Shown here one piece after another: positions 13,305-25,954 of a stretch of 64,000 nucleotides of DNA. The DNA is from Octopus vulgaris (taxonomy: Eukaryota): positions 23,808,001-23,872,000 of the forward strand of contig OX597829.1 of assembly GCA_951406725.2 (NCBI GenBank), in the 5' to 3' direction. How positions within the stretch are numbered: position 1 is the stretch's first letter; the number at the start of each line of letters is the position of its first letter. The notes below the pieces were generated by a model. The model searched no databases. It saw only the letters and a list, made by a program, of their open reading frames with translations, and was not told the DNA's origin. A program made the translations under genes and the position numbers.

Positions 13305-14160
13305 TGTAGAGAACACCCCGTTATTGAATACATGCATAAACATCAGCAGAAGGGATATTGGTGGAACATTTCCATCAAAACTTCTTTCTATCAAGTGGAA
13401 ACACAACAAACCCGGTATTCTTGTTTGAAGTAGACAAGAAAAAGTATGCACTGTCATAGAGGTCAGCTATTTTATTTGAAGGCAATCTTTCGTCTCTAGT
13501 AGACCTTTCCGTCGATTTCCGTAAAAGTTTTTTTTTTTTTTTACATATGGGCTTGCGGGAACTTTTGAAGTAATGAGAGCGAAATAGACTAAGAGAAAGC
13601 TATTGTATGACGAGGGAAGTTCTTTTGAAGTTACCGTCCAGGGGAAGCATTGATGTACATGTGTGTGTGTGTGTTTGATGGGGTGTGGGAGACAGACAGT
13701 ATGTTGTGTAAGTGAAGTGCTTCTGTTAGTGTGTGTGAAGAGACAGAGTAATGTGTGAAAGAAAGAGATAACTGAAATTTTTACTCGGTGTATGTGTATA
13801 TATATATGTATGTATATTACTTCAAAAGTTCCCGCAAGCCCATATGTAAAAAAAAAAAAAAAATTTTTACGGAAATCGACGGAAAGGTCTACTAGAGACG
13901 AAAGATCGCCTATTTGAAAATTAAAGAGAAAGGCGGTAACTATAAACAACTGGATTAAAATTTTCAGGTCGTATATCCAGATTATAAATTCACGTTTATA
14001 TTGATGGGAATTGTTGCAGTTCGTTTTGTCATTAAATGCCTAAGTGACAATCTGGATAAGCAAGAATTTTCAGGAAAAGAAACACCCACGTTACAAATGT
14101 AATCCGTTAGTGGAACAGTAAACATGTGCAAGATTTGTCTCAAGTTCAATATCTGACATT
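13305..14160 (+). mobile_element. RLE-type (R4/NeSL-like) non-LTR retrotransposon 3' ORF remnant, interrupted by a MITE
   Basis: YWWNISIKT..KHNKPGILV*SRQEK/VCTVIEVS before the MITE and KIKEKGGNYKQL*NFQVVYPDYKFTFI...SVSGTVNMCKICLKF after it match a PD-(D/E)xK restriction-like endonuclease C-terminus. Confidence 0.7.
13481..13910. mobile_element. Merlin-like MITE with ~94-bp TIRs
   Basis: Near-perfect IR at 13481-13574 and 13816-13910 starting GGCRATC, with exact 8-bp TSD TATTTGAA at 13473-13480 and 13911-13918. Confidence 0.85.
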
Positions 14161-14349
14161 GTTTTTGATACCTATATTCCAACGACTGAGCTTTGTATTT
14201 TTGTTATTAACCAGCTTATAGAACACACATACACACACGCATGCAGCTTGTAGTGCTAATTATGGTATCTTTGAAATAACAATTGGCAGTGACAAAAGGA
14301 TTTTTATATAGATTTACTGTATATATTTTTAAGAGGTGTAGATGGTGAA

Positions 14350-14630
14350 ACACCAAATTGAAAACTTGGAACCTGATAGATTGAAGACGACTAATAGAAA
14401 GGACTTTACGTTGGCTGGAAACGTTATTTCCAGATCTATTATTATTGAACAGGCTTATCATTAAAACCTTCCAGACACGACCATCGCGATACACAGATAT
14501 TGTTTTGAGCTGAGTGGGGGTGTTAGATTCCCTTGTTCGAAAACATAAGGACACAGATCGTGTCGTATAGCCAGCTGGAGATGATGTCTCCTGGGGCTAA
14601 ATTACAGCAACATTTGTCCTAAACCAAAAC
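14350..14630 (+). mobile_element. Decayed RTE LINE 3' fragment
   Basis: LRRLIERTLRWLETL...LNRLIIKTFQTRP resembles the RTE LRWFGH region. Confidence 0.45.
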
Positions 14631-14738
14631 TGTCATGTTATGTTGGCGAATAATCTTTACTCCAAAGTACTGTTGCTGAATATCTCTCTTTGTGAGATTT
14701 ACAAATAGTAATTTTCTAACGTCTCTTTCTATTTTATA

Positions 14739-15251
14739 CTAGCAGTATCGCCCGGCGTTGCTCGGGTTTGTTAGGGAAATAACTATATAAGCATTTTTAG
14801 AGAGTTACTTCCCCTATAGATGCCAATTCGGGCTTTCTTAGCCATTTCTGTTTTGGTGTCTTCAAGCCATAAAGTCGTTGTTCTAAAAGAACGCTGGTCT
14901 CCTTGACAACGCATTACGACGTTGATTTCCTTACACTCCCTTCCCCACAGCTTCACGAGGGAGGGAAGAAGGGGGAGAAGCAAACAGGTGCAGGTGTGAC
15001 CATGGACGCCAACTTCGCCGCCATCGACACACGAAAAATTATGCATTAAAATGGAATAAAAAATGAGGTTAAATTATTTTTAAAATCGTAGACTCATCGT
15101 AGACGTGCGCTAATAGCCAGACGGGCTTGATATTAATCACGACTATAAGATACCCGAATTTGGTTAAACTGCACCGCAAAATGTGGGAGGAGTTAGGAAT
15201 CTAAATCGTAGGAGACAGACACTCACACAACTACAGTTTTATATATATAGA
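14739..15251 (-). mobile_element. Non-autonomous Helitron
   Basis: Minus strand begins A|TCTATATATATAAAA and ends with hairpin cccgagcaacgccggg then CTAG|T. It is inserted in an AT dinucleotide with no TSD. Confidence 0.85.
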
Positions 15252-15615
15252 TTTCTTTATGCTGTCCCCGTCTCTTACCTTCCCTCCCCCTTATTCTGTC
15301 TCTTCTTTCTCTCTCTCGCTTCTTTGACACTATATTTGTTTTAGGTTAACATTATCAGTTGTCAGTGTCACTGAAATTTTATTTTTTTTTGCACAACTAT
15401 CTCTGTATCTATTGAGTGTGTGTGTGTATTTATGTAAGTATATGTATGAATATATCTATAGAATGTAGGTAACGTATGTATCTATGTAATCAGGGAGCGA
15501 AGGACAGCTCACTCACTTAATGTTGCGATGTCAAGCTGTAACGATGATAATCAAAACGTTGTCGACAATGATGACGATGAATGTATGCAAACGCATGTAT
15601 GTGTGTAAATCTGCG

Positions 15616-15646
<31 letters not shown>

Positions 15647-15946
15647 CTCTCTCTCTATCGATCTATTTGCGCGCGCGCGCATATTTGGAGGAAGGAAAAA
15701 GAGGAAAAAAATATACAGACTGAAAGAATACAGTCGTTTCAGATTTGAAACCTCAATATCTCCCTGAATATTTTTTTTTCCTTGGCGATCTCTCAATACC
15801 GGAGGAACAGTATAGTACAGCTGACATATCTAGGCATCTAACTTACATTAAACAAAAAAGGCTTCGGTATCATTGGCAAAAACTCACCATTTTCAACACG
15901 CTACAACCTTTAGTCTATAATAAACATTCCGTCTATTCTGTCATTT

Positions 15947-17305
15947 CTAGTTAACCAAAGAAGTGTGCCTAACCCAACTTTGTTTCCTCATAACTTTCTG
16001 AAAAAGGAATACTTTTTTCGTAAATTCTTTTACAAATACGTTTCACTTTGTGTAGTTTACAATTATATTGGAATTTGTGGGGGAAAATAATTTCGGGGAA
16101 GGATAGGAGCGTTGGACAATTCATATGCCGCGACCTTGTTTCTTCATAATTTTCAGAAAATAGTTTGTTTTTTTTTTTAATGAAAATTTCTACAAATACT
16201 TTTCAGATATTTTCTGCTTGGTTTTTCACTCTTCAATTTTGTTTCAAGTGTTTCAAGTGTTTTCAAATTTGGTGTATTGATGTAGTTTTGCATGCTAATT
16301 ATGGAAATGAAAATTATTTTTGCCATAAATTAATTAATAAAAAGTTAACAGCTCTTAAAGTTTGCAAATTTTGGGTAATTTTAGCCAATCGATTTAATAC
16401 TGATATAATTGTGTAGATTATATCGGTATTCAATGTGTGAAAAAAAAATGGCGGGCACGGATATTTCCTGCATCTCGACTTTGTTTCCTTATACGTTTAA
16501 ATGTGTAGATTTTTTTTAAATGTATGAAGAAACAAAATCGAAAGGTGTGAATTACCTGAAACACCTGTTCTCCTACTCTCAAAAAAAAAGAAGTTTTTTT
16601 CCACGATAACTACTGATATAATCGCAATGTACACCATCTGAAAAGTGCTTGTAGAAAATTTCATGATAAAATATCCATTTTTCATAAAGTTATGAAGAAA
16701 CAAAATCAGAGTAGCACACGTGCAGTTGTTCCTCGTTTTTGCCTTTACTGCAACGGTTTCTACTTTCTGAACTTACCAGTGGCCTACCACATCCACTCAG
16801 CCTCCCGCTCCTCTTCTCATCATCTATACCGTATCTCCCCTATCTGCAAACCTCACAGTTAACTATAAACAATCCTTCACTTCTTGAGTGAGATATTTCT
16901 AGAAACAATTTCCTACCCTCGTAATTTTCCCGAAGGATTTCAGTTTACAGCTACACAAACTGAACATCAGCCGTTTTAATATCACAGTCCAGAGAAGTCA
17001 TGAGCGCCGATTCTTCCGTCTGATTGAATATTGAACTAACTTTTCTTTCCGCATTGGTTCTTTCACATGAATAAAAAATGTGATCTGTTTTGATTTTCTT
17101 TGATAGATTTTAGAGTTCTGTCTAACAAATCAATTAGTAGTCTCTACGTCTGTCTAACAAATCAATTAGCAATCTCTACATCTGTCTAACAAATCAATTA
17201 GCAGTCTCTACGTCTGTCTAACAAATCAATTAGCAGTCTCTACGTCCGTCTAACAAATCAATTAGCAGTCTCTACGTCGTGGTACCCATTTTATAGTTAG
17301 ATAGA
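15947..17305 (-). mobile_element. Putative Helitron-derived element with internal subrepeats
   Basis: The minus 5' end A|TCTATCTAACTATAAAA resembles the Helitron above. The 3' end is uncertain: CTAG at 15947 lacks a clear hairpin. Confidence 0.4.
17117..17278. repeat. 32-bp minisatellite, 5 copies
   Basis: Unit tctgtctaacaaatcaattagcagtctctacg, head to tail with 0-2 mismatches per copy. Confidence 0.95.
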
Positions 17306-18104
17306 TTGAAACCGTAATAATTAGGTATGTAATGTAAATAAGGCAACAAATTTTAATTATTCTGATATTAAACCCGAAATGAATAAAAAAAAAAAGAAAA
17401 ACAATATTCTTTAGTTCTCGTCCAGAAATATTCAACGGTGCCCTTTACATTTAAGTCGATGGTAGCTTAGTTCAGATAGTGCGCTGTTGGTGGTTTGTCA
17501 CCGTTGCAGTGATGTCAACCTTTACCCAGCATCGACATTCTCATAATGACCATTATATTATATTTTCAAAAATAATGTAATCTGAGCTACAAAGATTTCA
17601 AAGATTTAAAGTGGCTTTTGAGGGCAATGTGTGGTTCTACTTGTTTCTTAACGGTAGAAGACAAGGTTGAAACCCTCTTCCAAACGTATCACGTTTGACA
17701 TGGGAAAATACCCAAGGAATCTCTTTTACGAGAATATATAGTTAAGTGTCGTCTAGCGTTAGACAAAAAAAATTTTTTAGTCAATTAAAACAACTGTATC
17801 AAAGAGTAAAAAGAAAAAAAAATTGTCACGAAAGGCAAGGCTGGACAGCTACAAAAAATATATTTACAGTAGTGAGTCCGATGTCTAAAAATATGGTCAC
17901 AATGTCGAATTTAGTTTAATCATTAAGGACAAAGGATAATGATTTTGAGTAGGAGGAGGGGAAGAAAAATCTTCATTGATAATAAATCAATTGAAAATGT
18001 ATGTATAGTACATAGTTAAGAAGGGATTAACGTATTTAAATGATTTTCAATCGATTACGGGTTAATGTTCTAAAACATCATGGTTGAAAAGATTGATTCC
18101 TGAT

Positions 18105-18300
18105 TTAGGCACAAAGCCAGCAATCTTGAGAGGAAGGGGGTTTAGTCGGTGCTATCGATCTCATTACTTCATTGTTTTATCGACTGCGAAAGGACGAAAG
18201 GTAGAACTGATCTCAGCAGGATTTGAACGCAGAACGTTACAGAGCCGGAAGAAATGCCGCAAAGCATTTTGTCCGACACTCCCAACTATTCTGGCAGCTC
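18105..18300 (-). mobile_element. Old SINE B copy
   Basis: Diverged reverse match to B. Confidence 0.6.
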
Positions 18301-18522
18301 GTAGATAATGCAGTGTGTATGGAGTGGTGGGGAATGATAATTGACAAGGGATGCTCTTGCCTTCAGTATCATTGCTCATACCTCTCCTTATCAGGGTTGA
18401 GCTCTGCCTAAGCTAAACACCTCACGCACTCGTCTCGATCTCTTATTCTTTCAGTCACTCACTTAAACTGTATGAACGAGGTTTATACAGTGCTATCTCT
18501 TTTTAAGGCGTCTCGCTATACC

Positions 18523-18934
18523 TATTTCTTTATTACCCACAAGGGGCTAAACATAGAGGGGACAAACAAGGACAGACATAGGTATTAAGTCGATTACATC
18601 GACCCCAGTGCGTAACTGGTACTTAATTAATCGACCCCGAAAGGATGAAAGGCAAAGTCAACCTCGGCGGAATTTGAACTCACAACGTAACGACAGGCGA
18701 AATACCTATTTCTTTACTACCCACAAGGGGCTAAACACAGAGGGGACAAACAAGGACAGACATAGGTATTAAGTCGATTACATCGACCCCAGTGCGTAAC
18801 TGGTACTTAATTAATCGACCCCGAAAGGATGAAAGGCAAAGTCAACCTCGGCGGAATTTGAACTCACAACGTAACGACAGGCGAAATACCGCTAAGCATT
18901 TCATCCGGCGTGCTAACCTTTCTGCCAGCTCGCC
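18523..18934 (-). mobile_element. Young SINE B dimer with 15-bp TSD
   Basis: TSD gcgtctcgctatacc at 18508-18522 and 18935-18949. The two internal units are nearly identical. Confidence 0.9.
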
Positions 18935-18949
18935 GCGTCTCGCTATACC

Positions 18950-19895
18950 GCATCCCCGCGGGTAGTTTGATGGACCCCAAATAATTTGAAGCAGAATTTC
19001 CCTCATTATCGATCATAACTTGCAAGAACCTTGATTAAAAGTAGAATGTGTTATATCATGTAGATTCCGAATATACAAAATTTTTGGGGGGTGGGTGAGT
19101 GTTTTATGAGGGAGTCGGGTAGGGAATTTCAGAAAATTCACCGGATATTTTTAAATGAAATTCTCTACAAATAAACCTTGGACTATGTAGATTCCGAAGA
19201 CAATAGGAATTTGGGGGGAAAACAATTGGGGGTTATTTTTGAGAACCGTTTCCTACTCGCGGGTGTTTCTGAGCAAGTCCATATTTGTATAGAATTTCAT
19301 TTAAAAATATTCATTTTCTTGAGAGTTAAGACGAATTGAAGTGGACTCTGGTGAACTTTCCGAAATTCTCCGCCCCACCCCCAAAATTAGACCGAATCCT
19401 AATATGCCACATATTTTATGCACTTCAGAAATAACTCCTGGTGGACAAGGAGCTTTCACAATCTTCATATTTTTAACTACTGTGAAGAAGAATGGTTGGA
19501 CCCTCACTTATGTTCATATTAGGTCAGCTCTCTCACATTTAGTTGCCTTTCATATTTGCAAGCCGTTCATTTTTCACTTTTAGATATCGGGATGAGGTGG
19601 CGAGGGGTGTATGAATCAATTTTGGAGTTCCCTCATAGAAAATATGAAATTATCCCCCCCCCCCATATTCTTAATCTCCATATTTTCCCACGTAGATTGA
19701 AAAAAAAAAAAAATTCGAAAAAAAGTTAAAACTTAAAAATTTGGGGTGAGGAGGGGGAATTGAAAATTTTGGCATATTCAGAATCTCCATCATCGAAAAC
19801 ATAAGAATCCGCTGATTTTTTTTTTTTAAGAGGTTGATTTTTTTTTCGTGCCGGTGTGACTTGTAAACATATCCGGTGACTTGTAAACATTAACT
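18950..19895. mobile_element. Probable DNA-transposon remnant
   Basis: Internal repeats (atgtagattccgaa twice, gtgacttgtaaacat twice) and G/C runs. No clear TIR pair. Confidence 0.3.
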
Positions 19896-20065
19896 GCGGT
19901 ATTTCGTCTGTCTTTACGTTAGGAGTTCAAATTCCACCGAGGTCGACTTTGCCTTTCATCCTTACGGGGTCGATAAAGGAAGTACCAGTTGCATAATAGG
20001 GTAGATCTAATCAACTGGCCCCCCACCCTAAAAAACTTCTGGCCTTGTGCCTAGAGTAGAAAAGA
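19896..20065 (+). mobile_element. SINE B, 5'-truncated
   Basis: Matches the B body and short tail. Confidence 0.8.
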
Positions 20066-21653
20066 GTCCACCCTGTGTGGTTGGGTTAAGGAAGGGACTA
20101 ACCTCAGGAGGTTATGTAAATACAATTGGTATTGTATAATAAATGTTAAACTTGATTGAATAAGTTTTTTTTTTTCTTTCATGCACTTTACTAATCAAAT
20201 CAAATATCTCATTTTCTTCTATTATTGCCTGCACCTCCGCTTATCCGTGAATCTGCAACCTGGATAAGAACTCAGTTGGTTTTCTTGGACTCCATTACCT
20301 GCGTTATAGAGAAGAGAGCACTGTATTTTGTAGTACAACTTAAAATAAGCGGGAAATTAGAAACATGTGGAATGAAATCGGTCGGAAAATGTCTGAGTGG
20401 GGTGAATATGTGTTTGTACAATGAATGTGTGTATTCGTGTGAATGAATATGAGATTGTGGGAGAGTTGTATGTATATAAGTATGTGGATGTATGTGTGAG
20501 TGTGTATGTATGTATATATATATATGTGTGTGTGATTATTTAAATGTGTGTAAGTCCCTTATCTGAAGCTTTATTTCACTTAAGGCAAAAGGATTATAAA
20601 CACTAAGTTTGATTCCCAGAAACTTTTTCCTTTTTTCCTTTTCTCTTTTTATTTTCAACTGACTTTTAAATCCACCTTTGTTTTCCACAATCTTACCTGA
20701 GTGCCTGTCAGTCTCTATTCAACCTATGTACGTGTGACTAATTTATGTATGCGTATACATGTATATATGTGCGAATAAGTACTTACATTTGTGTACATAT
20801 TCATGTATGTATGTATGCGTATGCTATATGAACGTACACGTACGCATAAATATGTGTTGTAACACAAAACATTCACACACAGTTGTTACTTCATATACTT
20901 ATATATAAATATATTACATTCAATACATACATACATACATACATAAAATCTGTTGCTTTCATAAATTATCTAATCCATGTTTAAGTGCGGTTTAACATAG
21001 TTAATATGGGGAGCTTAATGTTTTGCTCACAACACTTAGTAAGTCAGCTTGCATTTAACTTTATACTGTTCATGCAGAAGGCAGCCCTGAGAAATTCTCC
21101 AACGTTGTTATCTAATCGTGGGTCATGGATTTCGCAATATCTGTTCTCTCTTCCTCTCTCCTTCTGTAACCTCTCACTTTCCTTCCCATCTGTCTTCGCT
21201 CTCTTTCTTTCTCTCTCCCCGCACTCCTCTCCTTTCTATGTTTTCTGTTTTTCTTCATCTCTTCCTCGCCATCGTCTCTTTCTTTTTCCTTTTCTCATGC
21301 CTCTCTCTCGCTCCAATTCTTACCTATATTTTCTTTTTAACATTTTCTCTCCCTCTTTCTTCTCTACTTGCTTCCCTTCGATACAATTTTTCCTTTGCTG
21401 GTTTCCCTTCATTACAAGTTTTACCTTCTCTCTCCCCCTCTCTTCCCCACTGTCTTACAGTTATATTGTTCTTTTTTTCATTTATTCTTTCATAATTTCA
21501 TTCATTCTCATCCTCATTGAATTTTCCTAAATATGTCCTCATTCATTCAGTTTATTTATAATCCTTCATTTAATGTCCAAACCTTTGCTTACTCATCCAA
21601 TATCTTAATCTCATACGAACACTTTTTCATCACACATCTCTCCCTCTCTCGCT

Positions 21654-21690
<37 letters not shown>

Positions 21691-22015
21691 TTTCCTCATA
21701 TTCTTGAAACTTTTTTTCCCATTTGGTCTCAATTTTCAATTCTTCTCCCTTTGTCCAGTATTAAACAAACTATCCTGTCTGTCTGTCAGCTTCTCTCTCC
21801 AATTGCCAAGATCTCAGCCTTTCTCAATGTCACTCCGTCTCTTTCTCACGTTCTTTTTTTTTCTTATTTTTGAGACATACTAATTACTGTCTTTCACTCA
21901 GTGAATGTGTAGCTATATGTGTTTGTGTGTGTGTGTGTCTGCATGTGGTGTCACCTATCCACTATCCCTCTCTCTATCTTTCTCTATTTGTCTAGCTTAT
22001 CTGTCTGTCTGCCTG

Positions 22016-22077
<62 letters not shown>

Positions 22078-22760
22078 GTCTATACTTATAACTTTGTAAC
22101 TATCTGTATTTTCTGAATTGCTCATATCTTTTCTTGCTAATCCTACATTGTTCTTTTTCCTGACATTTATCCATTAACCTCTTAATCCGCTCTGATAACC
22201 ACTAAATACCATTGACTAAATGATTCACACACACATACACACACACACACACAGATAAGTCTTGCATGAAAACAAACTTGTTAGATTAGGTAAACGGCGC
22301 TCTCCCCCCCTCTTCTCACACGCACATACACATAATACTGTTGTCAGCTAGAAATAGCAGTCAAAATTCTCTCTCCTCACCCTACTGTTTTAAGAAAAGA
22401 ATACCTTAGGTAACGTAGTTCTATACACTCTTAATAAAAATTAGAAAATGACAGGGTGATCATAGCTGGAACAGCATAGATTTGCTAGATCTAGGTTATG
22501 CATGCACACACACATGAAATCAGATCTATTTCGTGCAAAAAAAAAAAAAAAAATTAGACATTTAACCAGCTAATTAATCAATGAACTAATAAGTTAGGTA
22601 GTTGATCTGATGAAAAAAGATCACTAATTTACTGATTGGCTTTCTGCCTACCTTAGCTGGTGGATTGACAAAATAGAGTATCAGACATTCCTTGTAGTAT
22701 TTGTTTCAGCCCTTTGCTTTCTGAAGTTTTGGGATGGTTAATCCATTGTTTTGTTTAATT

Positions 22761-22817
22761 CCAACACCTGACTCCTGGGTGGAGTTTAATACCAACACCT
22801 AACTCCTGGGTGGAGTT
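22761..22817. repeat. 31-bp tandem duplication
   Basis: ccaacacct(g/a)actcctgggtggagtt occurs twice. Confidence 0.9.
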
Positions 22818-22824
22818 CAGTAGA

Positions 22825-23195
22825 GTTACAGACATTCAGACAATGTCTTCTGTTTGATGCCAAAGGATGGCTTCCCTCTTTCTTCAGAGGCTCTGGAGAG
22901 GGTGGGGAATGATATAAGGGATAAGCGGTCTCTTATTTTACATATTGCACCTCCTAATCGGTTGGAGTCCCTGATAGTTAATCGGAAGGCATGAATGTCC
23001 ATATCTGGTGCTGGAGTAGCGCACTTTGAAACCAAACTCAAGGACTGTATGAAGAGAGGAGACATCATCATCAACTCCCTGCAGCTGTTGTTCGGGGTCA
23101 CTTTCAGCGTTATCTTCAATCCACAGGATCTGCCTATTTATTATTGATCTTGTCAGCTATGTCTACTCCCATGAAAAGCAATGTGCTGGAGGCAG
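22825..23195 (+). mobile_element. Decayed RTE LINE ORF 3' end
   Basis: Frameshifted GVAHFETKL...RRHHHQ...HRICLFIIDLVSYVYSH resembles the RTE terminal C2H2-like motif (RIGLxSHxxxH). Confidence 0.55.
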
Positions 23196-23205
23196 AATAT
23201 GATCA

Positions 23206-23590
23206 AGGCATAGGAGTGGCTGTGTGGTAAGTAGCTTGCTTACGAACCACATGGTTCCAGGTTCAGTCCCCACTGTGTGGCACCTTGAGCAAGTGTCTTC
23301 TACTATAGCCTCGGGCCGACCAAAGCCTTGTGAGTGGATTTGGTAGACGGAAACTGAAAGAAGCCCATCGTATATATGTATATCTGTGTGTGTGTGTATG
23401 TTTGTCCTCCCAACATCGCTTGACAACCAATGCTGGTGTGTTTACGTCCCCATAACTTAACAGTTTGGTAAAAGAGACCAATAGAATAAGTACTAGGCTT
23501 ACTAAGAATAAGTCCTGGGATCGATTTGCTCGACTAAAAGCAGTGCTCCAGCATGGCCACAGTCACATGACTGAAACAAGTAAAAGAGTA
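23206..23590 (+). mobile_element. SINE A, full length
   Basis: tRNA-like head, CORE-like ccttgagcaagtgtctt, internal (TA)(TG), and tail gtgctccagcatggccacagtcacatgactgaaacaagtaaaagag. Confidence 0.9.
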
Positions 23591-24084
23591 ATGTCATAAG
23601 CAAAAGACCCTTGCATTCCCTAAGAAAGAAACAAAAAATTGGTAGCAGCTATGATTAATTTTTCAAGATCTCTATGAATGTGAATGCTTGCAACAAAGGG
23701 GACTTAACTAAAGTCACTCAGGAAATTGGGTGGTGGACTAAGTCTATACCCAGGGACCATGTGGTGATGTTAAACTGGTCAATGGGATTGATTAAATCCA
23801 CTATCCAAGAACAGAAACAGGCTTATTAAACAGTTTCCATCTACCAAAGTTCATTTATAAAGTATTGTATGACCTGAAGCTATGGTTGAAACATCTGACA
23901 AAGGTGCCATACAATGGAATTGAAATGAAAATCATGTAGTTAAAAGCAAACATAATCTCACAGCTATATCTATGTCCACCAATGGAACCCTGGCTAAATA
24001 GCTAGTCTATTGCCTGATTAGTTAAATAACTAATAAGTGTAGGTAACTGATTGATAGACTGATTGATTATCTGGCTAAGTTGAT

Positions 24085-24522
24085 TAACTCTTTTATTACT
24101 ATATTTCTGTTGAAATATACTTTGTTTTGGTTACTTTTGAAAATAATAAAGAAAGTAGTGAAATGACTTTATCGTTACTTAGTGTTTGAAACATAAATTA
24201 ACATGAAACTTTGATAGAAGGATTTACTTTAGATCAGAACCAGAGATGATCTCACACAGTTTGGTATCAGGAGGATTAAGACAAACCTGATGAAAGAGCT
24301 GGAAGCAAGATCATATTACTAGGATATTTCTGTTGAAATATACTGCAGTTTTTTCGATTAATTTTTGAAAATAATGGAGAATTTAGTAAAATAACTGCTG
24401 GTATTTGAAACAACTTAATAGGAAATTTTTACATGAGGTTTTAATTTAGATAATTTAAAAACAGGAAATTTGTATCATTGAACTAAGGGAAGGCTCAAGT
24501 AGGTTATCATGAAAATGTTTAA
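24085..24522. mobile_element. Two decayed TTAA-type MITE copies (second family)
   Basis: Shared atatttctgttgaaatatact...gaaaataat body. A reverse copy lies at about 45094-45292. Confidence 0.5.
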
Positions 24523-25326
24523 CTAACTGTTAGCTACAAAACTAAATAACTGATTAACAGTTGTTAATTTACTGATTGGTTAACTAACTTACCAACTAGT
24601 TAATTGAAGAATTAATTGCCTAAATGGTAAATTCACTGGTTGGCTAATTAACTAGTCAACTAACCAATTGCCTAAATAAATAATTTTCTTACTGGCTAAC
24701 TAATTGGCAAGCTGACTGACTGACCTACTGTTTAAATAGTTAATTTACTGATTAGCAGACTAATTAGCAAGCTAACTGATTGATTAAGAGGTTAAATTCC
24801 TTGTTAGTTGATTGACCAAATAAATTAGCTGTCTATCTAAACACCTGTTTATATAAGTAACTTGTTAATTGGTTGGCTATCTAATTAACTAGTTTATTAA
24901 TTGATCAAATCATTGCTTTGTCTAACTAGCTACCCACCTAACATGTCAACAAACTTAACTAGTTGTTATAGTCTAATTAAAGACATTTTAGCCATAACCT
25001 TCATGTCTTGTTTTCCCAGGGAGACAATATGTAGCTTAGACAATCACATTGTTATTATAAGACTATAAGAATGAAATTCGAGAAAGATTTGGTTGCTATT
25101 TCTTGCAGATGAAGCCACCACGTAGCGTTTTCTTAACTTGTTTGGTATGGTTAATTGTTGATTTACTCAATAATCCACAAATGGACTTAACAACTGTAAT
25201 ATGACCTATCTTTTAAACTACAGCCTATCATGGTATTGCAATACCCTGGGGTGTCATGGACAATAGTGATGTTACAATGTTTTCTCTGGCCTTGTTATTT
25301 TCTCAAAAATTATCTCTTAACTTTAG

Positions 25327-25545
25327 CCCTTTAGCATTCAGATTATTTGTTCAAAAGAATATTTATTTATTCACATAATTTTGTATTAATCATGCATTAT
25401 TATGAAGCTTCAAGTTTTCGATGGTGTGATTGTGTATTTTTAGAATGACATTGTAGGATAGGTGTGAGAGGTTAGATCTGGCCAGTTTGAATATGAAACA
25501 GATAGCATATTTGGGCCAGATATGACCAGTTTAAATGCTAAAAGG
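25327..25545 (+). mobile_element. piggyBac-like MITE
   Basis: ccctttagcatt...aatgctaaaagg flanked by TTAG / TTAA. Confidence 0.75.
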
Positions 25546-25641
25546 TTAAACAGGGAGAGATAAGGTGACAAGATCACAGGAATTAAAAGCCACTAATCTA
25601 AATTAGAGTGGCCTTATAAACTAAAATAGGGGTGTTAACAT

Positions 25642-25890
25642 CAGTGGTTCTCAACTGGGATCCATATGGCCCTTGGGGGTCCATTTAAGATTTTGCTGTT
25701 AAGATTTGTCATAAAATTGGTTAAACTTCCAAGTACACAAAATATTTCATACAATTCCTAATAAAATTTAATTATCAAATTATAATAGGATTTTTTTTTA
25801 AACATTAAATGGCTATGAAGGTCCATCTGAGTAAAATAGGAATCAAAGGGGGGGGGGCGTCTGTAGGCATAGAATGGTTAAGACGCACTT
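25642..25890. mobile_element. hAT MITE
   Basis: cagtggttctcaac / gttaagacgcactt, with 8-bp TSD gttaacat / gtttacat. Confidence 0.75.
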
Positions 25891-25954
25891 GTTTACATCG
25901 TCGTTCAAGCCTGCTAGAAATAGTATTCAAATTTCCCCTCAAATCACAACTTAA

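Noticed and set aside
17117-17278. 32-bp repeats as a CRISPR array
   Set aside because: There are no spacers or cas genes, and the context is eukaryotic.
18523-18934. Hammerhead ribozyme inside SINE B dimers (retrozyme hypothesis)
   Set aside because: I found no CUGANGA/GAAA core with supporting stems on either strand.
20985-21883. Hydrophobic F/S/L-rich ORFs that look like membrane proteins
   Set aside because: They arise from a pyrimidine-rich low-complexity tract, with overlapping frames open and no motifs.
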